64,000 nucleotides of DNA, from the IMG/VR virus record IMGVR_UViG_3300031555_001542, positions 1-64,000 of that record; one strand, written 5' to 3'. A program made the translations under genes and the position numbers. A model generated the notes under the pieces. It saw only the letters and a list, made by a program, of their open reading frames with translations. It did no database searches and was not told the DNA's origin. Source of the DNA: a virus. Taxonomy: Duplodnaviria; Caudoviricetes. Of this stretch, positions 51,058-61,853 are shown piece after piece; within the stretch, counting starts at the first letter, position 1; every line of letters starts with the position of its first letter.

Positions 51058-51575
51058 TGCGAGATATTCAAAATATCGATGATGACATTAGCGGAATGAA
51101 GAGAAAGATTAAACAAACGTTAATAGCCGACACGGACATTCTTGAAGTATTACATAATCCTGCTATTGATATTGATAGTCCAGATGAATTTCTGGATACT
51201 AACATCTTTGGATTTATTAGAATTCCAAATACTCAAGACACTGTTCGAAATTTCATTTGTGTAACTGTTGATGACATTGAAGATCATAAGTTTAATGAAG
51301 TTATGAAAATTCAACATATTACATTTACTGTTATATGTCATTTGAGTGATATAAAGACTGAATATGGTATTGATAGACATGACCTACTTGGTTATCTGAT
51401 TAGAGATACTTTTAATTGGACAAATATGTTTGGTTTACAATATCATCTAGTCTACAACAAGGAGAGTACCATTGACGGTGATTATTATTGTAGAACACTA
51501 AAATTTGAGTCAACAAAAACAAATGCGCTAAATAATGCAAGGATGGCGAATCCTCATGACAGGCTTAGACGTTGA
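51054..51575 (+). CDS. Putative tail terminator/completion protein
   Basis: Synteny; RHDLLGYLIRDTFN. Confidence 0.5.
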   Translation: MMRDIQNIDDDISGMKRKIKQTLIADTDILEVLHNPAIDIDSPDEFLDTNIFGFIRIPNTQDTVRNFICVTVDDIEDHKFNEVMKIQHITFTVICHLSDIKTEYGIDRHDLLGYLIRDTFNWTNMFGLQYHLVYNKESTIDGDYYCRTLKFESTKTNALNNARMANPHDRLRR

Positions 51576-52287
51576 TGATTTAAAACTTTATATTGGTGAT
51601 GATTATGTCATCAATGATAATATTAAAGTTTTACAACCAACTATAAGAAAAATAGCGGAATTTGGTGAGCGTGACTTTTTTTCTGTTGTTCATACAGTAA
51701 CAGCCATACCGTCTGATATGAAGTCTCAGCTTTGGGACATGGGTCTTGACTGGATGGAAGTAGATGATTTTGAGTTATTTGTAATGCTTGCACAGACTTT
51801 AACTCCAGATAGAACTAAGCTTTTATTTGGAGATTTAGATTTTTCAAAATTGAGACCATTTAATCACCCGCATATTGAGGGTGAAATCATTTTGGCAGAT
51901 AAAGAATCTGGAATTCTTATTGACAAGATGATATATCTAAAAATTGTATCCTATCTTCGCAAGGCATTTAATATTACGCCGAAGGTTGAAAAGGCGATGA
52001 ATAAAATGACCAAGAAAATTTTAATTGAAGATGATAGGATGAAACTTAAACTTAATAAAGATAAGCCTTTTAAGTCTTTTTTGTTGCCACTTATTTCATC
52101 TGTTAAGGTTAAGCAAGGTTATACTAAAGAATATGTACTCAACATGGGGTATGTAGAATTTATGAATGATGTTGCTAGACTGCAGGTAATTCATAATGCA
52201 GACCATTTATTGAGTGGTGTGTATGCTGGCACTATTGATATGAAGAAAATTAATAAGGCTGAATTGAATTGGATGAAAGAGCTGTAA
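51556..52287 (+). CDS. Hypothetical tail-assembly protein
   Basis: ORF upstream of the tail tube gene. Confidence 0.6.
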   Translation: MTGLDVDDLKLYIGDDYVINDNIKVLQPTIRKIAEFGERDFFSVVHTVTAIPSDMKSQLWDMGLDWMEVDDFELFVMLAQTLTPDRTKLLFGDLDFSKLRPFNHPHIEGEIILADKESGILIDKMIYLKIVSYLRKAFNITPKVEKAMNKMTKKILIEDDRMKLKLNKDKPFKSFLLPLISSVKVKQGYTKEYVLNMGYVEFMNDVARLQVIHNADHLLSGVYAGTIDMKKINKAELNWMKEL

Positions 52288-52338
52288 CAATTTGTTGCTC
52301 TTTTTATATTTAAAAATTATTTTATGGAGGAAATTATC

Positions 52339-53142
52339 ATGGCTGATAAAAAATTTGATATGAATAACTTTGTTATTGATAGAATTATCCGTGGCGTTGC
52401 TCTAAGCCAGAAGGATGATTCCGTTCTATTCTCTATTAACCAGATCCAGAATGCTTCTCTAAACTGTGCTTCTGAGTCTACTGATGCTGTTGACGCAATG
52501 GGTACTCCTATTGCTACTTTCTACAGAGCTAAGTCCGCAGAATTCTCTGCAGAAAACGCTCTATTCGACATGAACCTAATGGCTACCCAGCTAGGTACTG
52601 CTAAGAAGGTTGCTGACGATAAGAATAAGATTGTCATTCCTGCTATGGAGAGCTTTACTGTTACTGAGGGCAGAAAGCATGAGCTAAAGCACACTCCTGT
52701 TAAGGCTCCTAAGGAGATGTATGCTCTAAATGATGATAGCACTTTTGGCAAGCCCTATAGCCTAGGCACTGCTGCTTCCGCTGATGAGTTCTCTATTGCT
52801 GACAGAACTGTTTCTCTACCTACCGATGCAGAGCTAGTTGTTGGTACTGAAATGTTTGTTATGTACGAGTATGAGACTGACAAGGCTGTTGAAGTTGTCA
52901 ACTCTGCAAAGAACTTCCCTGTCGGCTGCAAGTTTGTTATGGAAGTCCTAGGCTGCGACGTTTGTGACCAGACCAACCTAGTTTACGCTTATGTTATCTT
53001 CAACAACGCTAAGCTAAGCCCCGACTTCGACTGGTCCATCGCTACTGATGGTACTCACCCCTTCTCTATGAAGGCTCAGCAGGATTACTGCGACAAGGAA
53101 AAGAGACTATTCTCCATCGTCATTCCTGGCGACGCTGAGTAA
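52339..53142 (+). CDS. Major tail (tube) protein
   Basis: Same extreme CTA/AGA codon bias as the capsid gene; synteny; GGAGG RBS. Confidence 0.7.
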   Translation: MADKKFDMNNFVIDRIIRGVALSQKDDSVLFSINQIQNASLNCASESTDAVDAMGTPIATFYRAKSAEFSAENALFDMNLMATQLGTAKKVADDKNKIVIPAMESFTVTEGRKHELKHTPVKAPKEMYALNDDSTFGKPYSLGTAASADEFSIADRTVSLPTDAELVVGTEMFVMYEYETDKAVEVVNSAKNFPVGCKFVMEVLGCDVCDQTNLVYAYVIFNNAKLSPDFDWSIATDGTHPFSMKAQQDYCDKEKRLFSIVIPGDAE

Positions 53143-53252
53143 TTTGTTAAAGTAATATTTAACAATACAAGATTGATGTATTAGGTGTTGGCTAGTGGCG
53201 TAAGTCACTAGCCAATACTATAATTATAATGCATGAAAGGAGCGTGAGCCCT

Positions 53253-53600
53253 ATGGCCCGTAAATCTAGAGAATGCTATCTATGTGGCACAGAATACCGC
53301 TATTGTGGCACCTGCGCAAATGATAGACTAAAACCCGCTTGGATGTCCGAGTTCCATAGCGAATCCTGCAAAAACATCTTTGACATTTGCACCCGATTTA
53401 ATCTAGGCATGATGTCCAAGATCGAGGCCCAGGATGCACTAAAATCCTGCGACCTATCCAATAAGGCAAATTTCAAATCCTATGTCATCCGTGACCTAGA
53501 TGTAATCTTTGCCGAAGAACCCAAGAAGAAGACCAAGAAGGTCGAACCCGTGGCAATTGAGCCCGAATCACATGAAGTAGTTATTGAAAAAGAAAATTAA
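53253..53600 (+). CDS. Zn-finger hypothetical protein
   Basis: CYLC..YCGTC..HSESC. Confidence 0.7.
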   Translation: MARKSRECYLCGTEYRYCGTCANDRLKPAWMSEFHSESCKNIFDICTRFNLGMMSKIEAQDALKSCDLSNKANFKSYVIRDLDVIFAEEPKKKTKKVEPVAIEPESHEVVIEKEN

Positions 53601-53651
53601 TAAGGCACTATAACTTCATGCGAAACGGAGGTTTTAGTGCCTTATTTTTTT
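53599..53651 (+). terminator. Intrinsic terminator
   Basis: AATAAGGCACTA..TAGTGCCTTATT followed by a T run. Confidence 0.7.
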
Positions 53652-53673
53652 ATGCAAAAAGGAGGAGAAGGAA

Positions 53674-54876
53674 TTGATCAAATCTATGATCACAGGACGA
53701 GAATATGCCGAGAATAACTGTGTCTACGTAACCAATATGTTACAAGCCCAAAAATATCTCGCATACCTTGGTCCAGAGTACCTTCTAGATATTTTATATA
53801 CAGGTACATATAGAAAAGACTCCCTAGTCTTTGTCTTTCAAAAGTGTCCAGAAACACGCAAGGCAAAAGAACTATGGGATGCACACGAATTGAATTGAGG
53901 TGTTATATATGGAAAACACCATACTAACTCTTATCGGAGATGTTCCAGTATCTGAACAAATTGCCGCAGCCCTTGAGCGCATGTCCCCAAAAAACCACAC
54001 TCACGACTACGCAACTCTTGATGAGGTTGAAGACTTAAAACGAAAAATAGATATGCTTATAGGTCTTGTTGGAGATACATCTGTTGCTGACCAGATTGCT
54101 ATGGCACTTAAAAATAAATAAAACATTACATTTTTTATAAAAGGATGTGATTTAATTGAGCACAAAAAAGATTCAAATTATAGGCACACTTTCTAAGCCA
54201 ACTGCGAGAATTGCATACGTAGACTTACTAGCCGCAAACTGGATTGGCGATTCAAGCCCCTATTCTCATGTTGTTGAAATTGATGGTGTAACCGAAAATA
54301 GCCAAGTTGATCTCACTCCTAGTATTGAACAATTAGTTATTTTCTATGAGAAAGACCTTGGCTTTGTGACCGAAAACGAAGGTGGCATTGTAACAGTATA
54401 TGCTATCGGGCAAAAGCCTGAAAATGACTATACTATCCAAGTAACCATCACGGAGGTGGATGTATGAGCAGAAAAATTATTGGCGTAACTGTTGGTACTA
54501 CACTTCCAAAACCGAACTTTAAACAAACTGACCCTACTAAGGGTGACTATATTAAGAACAAGCCTGACTTTGAAGGTTTGAAATCTAAGGTAGATATTGT
54601 TAGTGGTTTGGTAGGAGACATTCCTGTTGCAACACAAATTAGTGACGCTTTAGATAAAAAAGCTCAAGTACAAATTATCACTTGGGAGGCGAATGATTAA
54701 TGGCTTTATATTTAGGCAGCAGTGAAAAACTGCAAATTAATTTAAACGGCACTGCATGTGATTTAAAGTTATATTCTGAAACTCCTGTCGTAAATGGTGA
54801 TTTGCCAATATCATCAGACGGTTATGTATTAAGAGACTTGAGTCTATTATATTTAACGGCAAAGGATGGTGGATAA
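53674..54876 (+). other. Small tail-associated ORFs (53674-53898, 53909-54121, 54156-54467, 54464-54700, 54700-54876)
   Basis: Coupled ORFs; the GD.PV..QI motif is shared with the fibre gene. Confidence 0.6.
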
Positions 54877-54878
54877 TT

Positions 54879-57491
54879 ATGGCAACAGAATATAAATTAC
54901 CTTATACCGCACTTGATATAAATAGAAGACTAGGAAAAATTGACGAAATAGATTCATTAAAAGATCTTGTCGGAGCAGAACCCGTACAAAAACAAATTTC
55001 TGATGCGGTTAAAAATATCGGAGAAGCTATCAAAACGGATACAACTCTTAAAGTGCGTGGCAAAGCCGCAGATGCTAAAGCTGTTGGTGATGCAATTGCA
55101 AATTCCAAAGTAGAAATTGATAAAACTCTGAAAGTTAGTGGTAAGGCTGCGGATGCAAAAGTAACTGGTGATGAAATTACCAAATTAAATAACCTTGTTG
55201 GTGATACACCCGTTGCAGATCGAATTGCTACAGCCGTTGAAGAGTTAGCAGGGAACGTTTATACTCACCCTGACACCCACCCCGCTAGTATGATAACTGG
55301 ATTATCTGGTGTCGCTACTAGTGGAGATTATAATGATTTAAGTAATTTGCCAGAACAGTATGTTCATCCTGAGAGTCATCCTGTAAGCATGATCACTGGT
55401 CTTGCTGACGTTGCCACAAGTGGCAATTACGAGGATTTAAGTAATAAACCAATTATTCCCGAAGAATATACACATCCAGAAACTCATCCTGTGGATATGA
55501 TTACAGGTTTATCTGATATTGCAGTTTCTGGCGATTACGCAGATTTAAAGAATAAACCTACTATTCCAGATGAATATGTGCACCCATCTACTCACTCTGT
55601 AGATATGATTACTGGTCTTTCTGGTGTAGCTGTGAGCGGTGACTATAATGATTTGATTAATAAGCCAGACATTTCAGGTGAATATATTCACCCAGAAAGT
55701 CACCCTGCAAGCATGATTACAGGACTTGCCAATGTTGCGGTTTCTGGTAATTATGAAGATTTGAGTAATAAACCCACTATCCCAACTCAATATATACATC
55801 CTGATAATCATCCAGCAAGTATGATTACTGGGTTGTCTGGTGTTGCGACTAGTGGTAGCTATAACGATTTGACGGATAAGCCGACAATTCCTAGTATTGA
55901 TGGTTTGGCAACAGTAGCTTATGTAGATGAAAAGTTTGCTAATGTTGGGGAAAGCGGAGGAAGTGGAACATCTACTGGTCTACCTGAGTTCACCACCGAA
56001 GACGAAGGTAAAGTCCTGAGCATCAAAGACGGTACTCCCAGCTGGGAGAGTGTTAACGCCGGCTTCGGTAGTGTAAGCGAAGTTGATCTGTTCCCAGAGC
56101 GTGTAGCGGACGATTTCCGTCCTTTAAGTTCCTATGGCGGATTGTATGGTACTGGTTATAATTTCCCCGAGAGCGGACTAACCAATGACCTTACCGACAG
56201 TTTCGAACTAGCATTGGGCGAAATTTATTATGTTGAGTGGGATGGAGTCGAATACGAGGTTACCCCAAGCGATGCTAGCGCTGTACAGTCCGGTGCTTTG
56301 TTCCTTGGTAACGGAGCTCCTATGGGTCTGCCCGGTAATGGGGAACCGTTTGCGGTTGGATGGACTCATGCACAAGGAGTAACATTCATCAGCATCGATC
56401 AGCTTGAATCTCACACCATCCGCATCTACCAGAAAGTCGAAACTACCTCCGCTATCAGCTGGAACGACCTCGCAGATAAGCCGTTTGGCGAAGAGAGAGG
56501 TCTTGTGGATCTCCTGCCCGAGACGACTTATAGCGAATTCTTTTTCGAAAACAATTATGGTGCGTACGTAGCTAACGAATCCGTTACCTATAAGCTGACT
56601 GTTGGCGAAACATATACCGTATTCTGGGACGGCCAGGAACATACCTGCATTGCACAAGACAGCAGTTCCTTAATGCCTAATACTGTGTGTATTGGTAATG
56701 CCTCAGCTTTTGGATTGGCTGGTAACAACGAACCCTTCGTAATTGCATGGGAGACAACCGATGAATACGGAGATTTCGGTATGTATATCCCGCTGGTTAA
56801 CGCTGGTGAGTCTATTCCTCATACTATTCGTATTGCTCAAGAAGCCGATATTGTTAACCGGCTCGATAACAAATATCTGGATTTCATGAACGTCTATGAA
56901 GCGAAAGATATTATGATAAATCCGAGGTTTCCATTCGATCTTGTCAGTGAAAATTACGAATCGTCGGGTAAGTCCTTATATATGGCCGAACTGATGGACA
57001 CTTCTGAGTATGGGCATTTCGATAAGCTGACTCCTGGAGCTAAGTACGAGGTAATCATAAATGATAATGTGCAAATAGTTACCGCAAGTGAGATGGTTAT
57101 CCCCGGAGTAGAAGGCGATTTCGTATTTTGCGGTAACAAGACTCTTGATAAACAAATTTTTGGAGACGACGCCGAGAATACATATGAAGATTTCTTGATT
57201 TGTGTTGTAAAGCAGGTAGTCGATGGTGCTCAGAGATGCGCCGCCGCCATATATATTACTACTACGGATACACATAGCGGAATAGGTGCTCCCGTTAGTA
57301 TTAAACAGCTAGCATGCAGTATCATCAAGAAGGAATATCTTCCTGATGATATCGGTGGAGGTAATGATTCCAATGTCGGTCCTGCTCTCCCCGAAGTCAG
57401 CACGTCCGACGCCGGTAAATTCCTGAGAGTCGGCGCCGATGGTAACTGGATTGTCGAAGCTCTACAGGACGTATCGGAGGTGGGCTTATGA
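54879..57491 (+). CDS. Tail fibre protein
   Basis: AADAKAVGD repeats, six HPxSHPxSMITGL..SGxYxDL repeats, modular C-terminus. Confidence 0.75.
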   Translation: MATEYKLPYTALDINRRLGKIDEIDSLKDLVGAEPVQKQISDAVKNIGEAIKTDTTLKVRGKAADAKAVGDAIANSKVEIDKTLKVSGKAADAKVTGDEITKLNNLVGDTPVADRIATAVEELAGNVYTHPDTHPASMITGLSGVATSGDYNDLSNLPEQYVHPESHPVSMITGLADVATSGNYEDLSNKPIIPEEYTHPETHPVDMITGLSDIAVSGDYADLKNKPTIPDEYVHPSTHSVDMITGLSGVAVSGDYNDLINKPDISGEYIHPESHPASMITGLANVAVSGNYEDLSNKPTIPTQYIHPDNHPASMITGLSGVATSGSYNDLTDKPTIPSIDGLATVAYVDEKFANVGESGGSGTSTGLPEFTTEDEGKVLSIKDGTPSWESVNAGFGSVSEVDLFPERVADDFRPLSSYGGLYGTGYNFPESGLTNDLTDSFELALGEIYYVEWDGVEYEVTPSDASAVQSGALFLGNGAPMGLPGNGEPFAVGWTHAQGVTFISIDQLESHTIRIYQKVETTSAISWNDLADKPFGEERGLVDLLPETTYSEFFFENNYGAYVANESVTYKLTVGETYTVFWDGQEHTCIAQDSSSLMPNTVCIGNASAFGLAGNNEPFVIAWETTDEYGDFGMYIPLVNAGESIPHTIRIAQEADIVNRLDNKYLDFMNVYEAKDIMINPRFPFDLVSENYESSGKSLYMAELMDTSEYGHFDKLTPGAKYEVIINDNVQIVTASEMVIPGVEGDFVFCGNKTLDKQIFGDDAENTYEDFLICVVKQVVDGAQRCAAAIYITTTDTHSGIGAPVSIKQLACSIIKKEYLPDDIGGGNDSNVGPALPEVSTSDAGKFLRVGADGNWIVEALQDVSEVGL
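55260..55895 (+). repeat. Six tandem 33-36-codon repeats within the tail fibre
   Basis: Y.HP..H...MITGL..VA.SG.Y.DL..KP six times. Confidence 0.9.
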
Positions 57492-58654
57492 GCGAATATG
57501 TAATTATGCCCACTGCTGATTATAAAGCCGCTTGTGATGCTATCCGTAATGCATCTGGCAAGAGCGATCTTATTAAATCTGGCGAACTTGAGGGTGAGAT
57601 TAAGGCTATTGCGAATAAGATAGGCAATATTTCTGGCGGTGAGGTTGCAAAGAGCAAGGCAATCAATTTCTATGATATCTACGGAAACATTATCTATTCT
57701 TACACAAGAGCAGAAATGGCGGCACTAGAAGAACTGCCAGAAGCACCAGAAGTACCCGGCTATAATTTTGTTTCGTGGTCATGGACGTTAGAAAAATTGA
57801 AGTCTACCCCATTTGCAGATGTTGGAGCGCAGTACAAAAAGGAAGGTTCTGTGGCAACGGCGTTGCTTGTTGCTGATGTGTATGATGGGTTGACATTACC
57901 TTTATATTTCAACCCAAGTTATAAGGGAACCACATATATTGATTGGGGCGATGGTAGCGAAGTATCGTCTGTCACCACAACAAACACCGCCCACAACACA
58001 TCAACTTACTCTGCAACGCATACTTATTCTATGACGGGTATTGTCGTTATTGGAGTATGGTTTATTCCTACTGATAGAACCTGGGGCAGTCTTTATCTTG
58101 GCAAATACGGCACATCCGCTTCTTCCACAAGATTTGGAATATTTGGTGGATCATTAAACGGATACAATAGAATTCTTTTAGCTTTCACGGGTGCTTCTGC
58201 CTATCCTGGAAATGCGGCGCTTTATAAAGAGTACAGTTTGAGATATCTTTGCTGTGGTTCTTCATCTTATAGTTTTTATTCTCCGAATAGTTGTTATGCG
58301 TTGGAAACGGTAGCTTTTATGGATATTCAGCTTAAGGCTAATTGCTATAATAGTTGCTATTCAATAAAACGGTTATCTGTTGGAAATGGTGTCAATTCAG
58401 GTGTTTTACCAGGTCTTTATGGAGTACAAGAACTTTCGGTACATAGCGGTGGAATCTACAATTCTTCGCTTGCTGGAAAAAATTTGATTCTTCCCCTTAG
58501 TAGTGTTCAACCACTAGGAACAACACTTTATTTTGGAACGAATCTTGGAAGAGTCTATGTCCCTGATGATTTAGTGGATTCTTATAAGGCTGACTCCAAA
58601 TGGAGTGCCTACGCAAGCTATATCTACCCATTAAGCGAATACCCAGATTATTAA
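57488..58654 (+). CDS. Tail-associated protein with PKD-like and BspA/LRR-like segments
   Basis: IDWGDGS..HTYS and VYVPDDLVDSYK...W motifs. Confidence 0.65.
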   Translation: MSEYVIMPTADYKAACDAIRNASGKSDLIKSGELEGEIKAIANKIGNISGGEVAKSKAINFYDIYGNIIYSYTRAEMAALEELPEAPEVPGYNFVSWSWTLEKLKSTPFADVGAQYKKEGSVATALLVADVYDGLTLPLYFNPSYKGTTYIDWGDGSEVSSVTTTNTAHNTSTYSATHTYSMTGIVVIGVWFIPTDRTWGSLYLGKYGTSASSTRFGIFGGSLNGYNRILLAFTGASAYPGNAALYKEYSLRYLCCGSSSYSFYSPNSCYALETVAFMDIQLKANCYNSCYSIKRLSVGNGVNSGVLPGLYGVQELSVHSGGIYNSSLAGKNLILPLSSVQPLGTTLYFGTNLGRVYVPDDLVDSYKADSKWSAYASYIYPLSEYPDY

Positions 58655-58668
58655 AGGAGGAAAATAAT

Positions 58669-58749
58669 ATGCCTTTCAGCACAACTTATGCAGACAATAT
58701 TTTCAATTGGGCCATGGGCAAACCTGTTTCCTTGAGTGGACGTTATTAA
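58669..58749 (+). pseudogene. Truncated gene remnant (MPFSTTYADNIFNWAMGK...)
   Basis: Perfect AAGGAGG RBS but a stop after 26 codons. Confidence 0.4.
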
Positions 58750-58856
58750 ATAAAATATATTATTAACAAAAAATACCATCTTCCGGGATGAAGGAACAAT
58801 AAAAATTTAAGCCATAATTATGGCATATTAAAAAACAAGAAAGGAGATAAATTGTC

Positions 58857-61853
58857 TTGATTACGGAAAACTTATCGACTTTAAAAATACACCAATTGAC
58901 ACAAAAACAGTATAATAGAGAACTAGAATCTGGAACAATGGATAAAAATGCTTTGTATTTAACACCAGAAGAAGCAATTGATTTAAGTGGTTATGTTACT
59001 CTTGAACAGTTAAATGAAAAAGCAGATGCTATTCATACACACGAGATTGTTCAACCGTATGACACTGTAAGTGGTGTAGAGACTGTTACGGTCGATCATG
59101 CATCTACGACCGAACATGATTTAACCGTGGTGTTAAGTAGTGAAACGTATGCAAACTTTTCTGATATAACTGTAATTTTAACTAGTGGTGATGAAGAGCA
59201 AGTTATAGTTGCAAACACCAATGGCAATGTTATCGGATTACGTTCTAGACCAGATTTTACTTTGACTCTACGTTGTGATGCAGACGATTTTGATGCTTCC
59301 GAGATTACTATTACATGTACTTATCAGATTGACTTAGAAAAGGTCTTACAAGATTATGTGTTAAATGTAGATCTTGACGGTGATTTTGGTGAAGATAGCG
59401 AATCCTCTAACGGTAGCTCCGTTATTATAGACCCTACATTATCTATTTCTCTGGCAGCTGCCGATGCTAAAGCGGTAGGCGTTGCAATTAGTGACTTGGA
59501 CACCGAACTTAATAATAAAATTGCAGCTGAGAGAAGTAGAATTAACAGTTTTGTTTCATTGGCTAACGGAAGTACTACTGGAGACGCAGAGCTTACTGAT
59601 ATCAGAGTATCTTATGACGGCACTACTTATGATGCAGCAGGTGATGCTGTTCGTGCACTTGGCAATGAAATTACATATTTGCGTGGTAGTTTAAGAGACT
59701 ATATTGATGCGAAAGCAATTGATGGTCTATTATATGAAAATAATAAGTTATATCTAACTTACAATGGTGAAATTGTATCTGACCCAGTTGAAATTGTTGG
59801 TGGCATCGGCGGTGGGGTTGGTGGCTCCAATAATAATGCTACCATTACTTTTACCAACACATCTGGTTGGATTTATAAAACTATTGCATCTGGTTCCTCT
59901 TGCCCTGTTGATTTTGAATGGAGCAGTTTAGAGGACTATATTGCTACTGGACCAGGCGTTATAAAGGTTATTGTTAATGGTATTCAAAAACATACTGCCG
60001 CTATTCAGCAAGGTAGTCACACATTAGATGTTTCTCCATGGCTAAGTTCTGGCGACAATACAGTTAAAATTAACATATCTGACATCTATGGCAATAGCCG
60101 TACAATTTCAGTAAGTGTTACATCTGTATTATTAACTATAGCATCTACATTTGATGCAAGTATTGCGTATACTGGAGATATTAGTTTTACATATACTCCT
60201 ACTGGATCTGCAGAAAAAACTGTACACTTTGTTGTTGATGGAAAAGAAATTGGTATTGCAAAAATGACAGCCTCTGGCCGTCAACAACCATATACCATTC
60301 CTGCACAGACTCATGGAAGTCATATTTTAGAAGTGTATTTTGACGCAGTTATTGCCGGTGAAACTGTTGAAAGTAATAAACTACGTTATGATCTAATATG
60401 TTTGGAGGATGGTAAAACCACGCCAATAATTACAAGTAGTTTTAATGCTGATACTGTTGAGCAATTTGATAGTGTTGTTATTGATTACTATGTATATACT
60501 CCAAATGCTTTAACTTCACCAATTACATTAAAAGCAAATGGCGCAGAAGTGAAGCCTTTGACAGTTGATAGAACTAAACAAACATGGACTTATCGTGCGG
60601 ATAATTCTGGTGAACTTAAGCTTACTATTACATGTGGTGATGCTGTTAAGACTTTTGAACTAACAGTAAGTGAAAGTAGCATTAATGTTGAAGCAGAAAC
60701 TAGTAGTTTAGCACTACACCTATCTAGTTATGGTAGATCTAATAACGAAGATAATCCTGCTGTATGGCAGAGCGGTGATATTGCTGCAACCTTTACAGGA
60801 TTTAATTTTAATTCTGATGGTTGGTTGAAAGATGGCGATGGTATTGCAGTACTTAGAGTAACTGGCGACGCAAGACTAACTATTCCTATGCAAATTTTTG
60901 CTACTGACTTCCGTACTACTGGTAAGACGATTGAGTTAGAATTCGCAACTAGAGATGTCCTAAATTACGACTCTGTTATTTTCTCATGTTTCTCTGGAAA
61001 CCGTGGTCTGCAGATTACTGCTCAAAAAGCATTCTTGAAATCTGAGCAGTCTGAAATTAGCACTCAGTATAAAGAAGATGAACACGTTCGTTTGGCATTT
61101 GTTGTGCAGAAGCGTGCGGAGCATCGTCTATTAATGGTTTATATTAATGGTATTTTGTCTGGTGTTATGCAATATCCTGATGATGATGATTTCTCTCAGA
61201 TGGAACCCGTTGATATTTCTATCGGTAGTAGCGATTGTACTATTGACCTATATAACATTCGTGTTTATAACAACAGCCTAACTCGTTTCCAGGTTCTTGA
61301 GAACTGGATTGCTGACACTCAGATTGCCTCCCAAAAGAAGGAAAGATGGCAACATAATAATGTATTTGACGAATATGGTCAAATTGTTATTTCTCAGCTA
61401 CCAACAGATTTGCCCTATATGGTTATATCCGCTAAAACACTTCCTCAGTCCAAGGGCGATAAGAAAATTGTTAGCGGTTATTATGTTGATCCAGTAGATT
61501 CTAACAGAAGCTTTACTTTTGCTGGGGCAGAGGCGGATGTTCAAGGTACGTCTTCTGCTGGATATGCAAGAAAGAATTATAAAATTAAATTTAAGGGTGG
61601 CTTTGTACAAAATGGAACAAACACGGAAACTTACAAGTTACGTGATGATTCCGTCCCGACTTCTGTATTTACATTCAAGGCAGACGTTGCATCTTCTGAA
61701 GGTGCAAATAACGTTGAACTAGTTAGATTGTACAATGATGCTTGCCCATATAAGACTCCACCACAGAAAGAAGATGGATATGTTCGTCAAGGAATCGATG
61801 GATATCCTATGATTATTTTCCAAGATGATGGTACTGAAACTATATTTATCGGT
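58857..61853 (+). CDS. Large tail/adsorption protein, exon 1 (Ig-like, LamG-like, start of CotH-like domain)
   Basis: ORF ends ..IFIG at the intron 5' splice site; VQGTSS..Y.RKNYKI motif. Confidence 0.8.
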
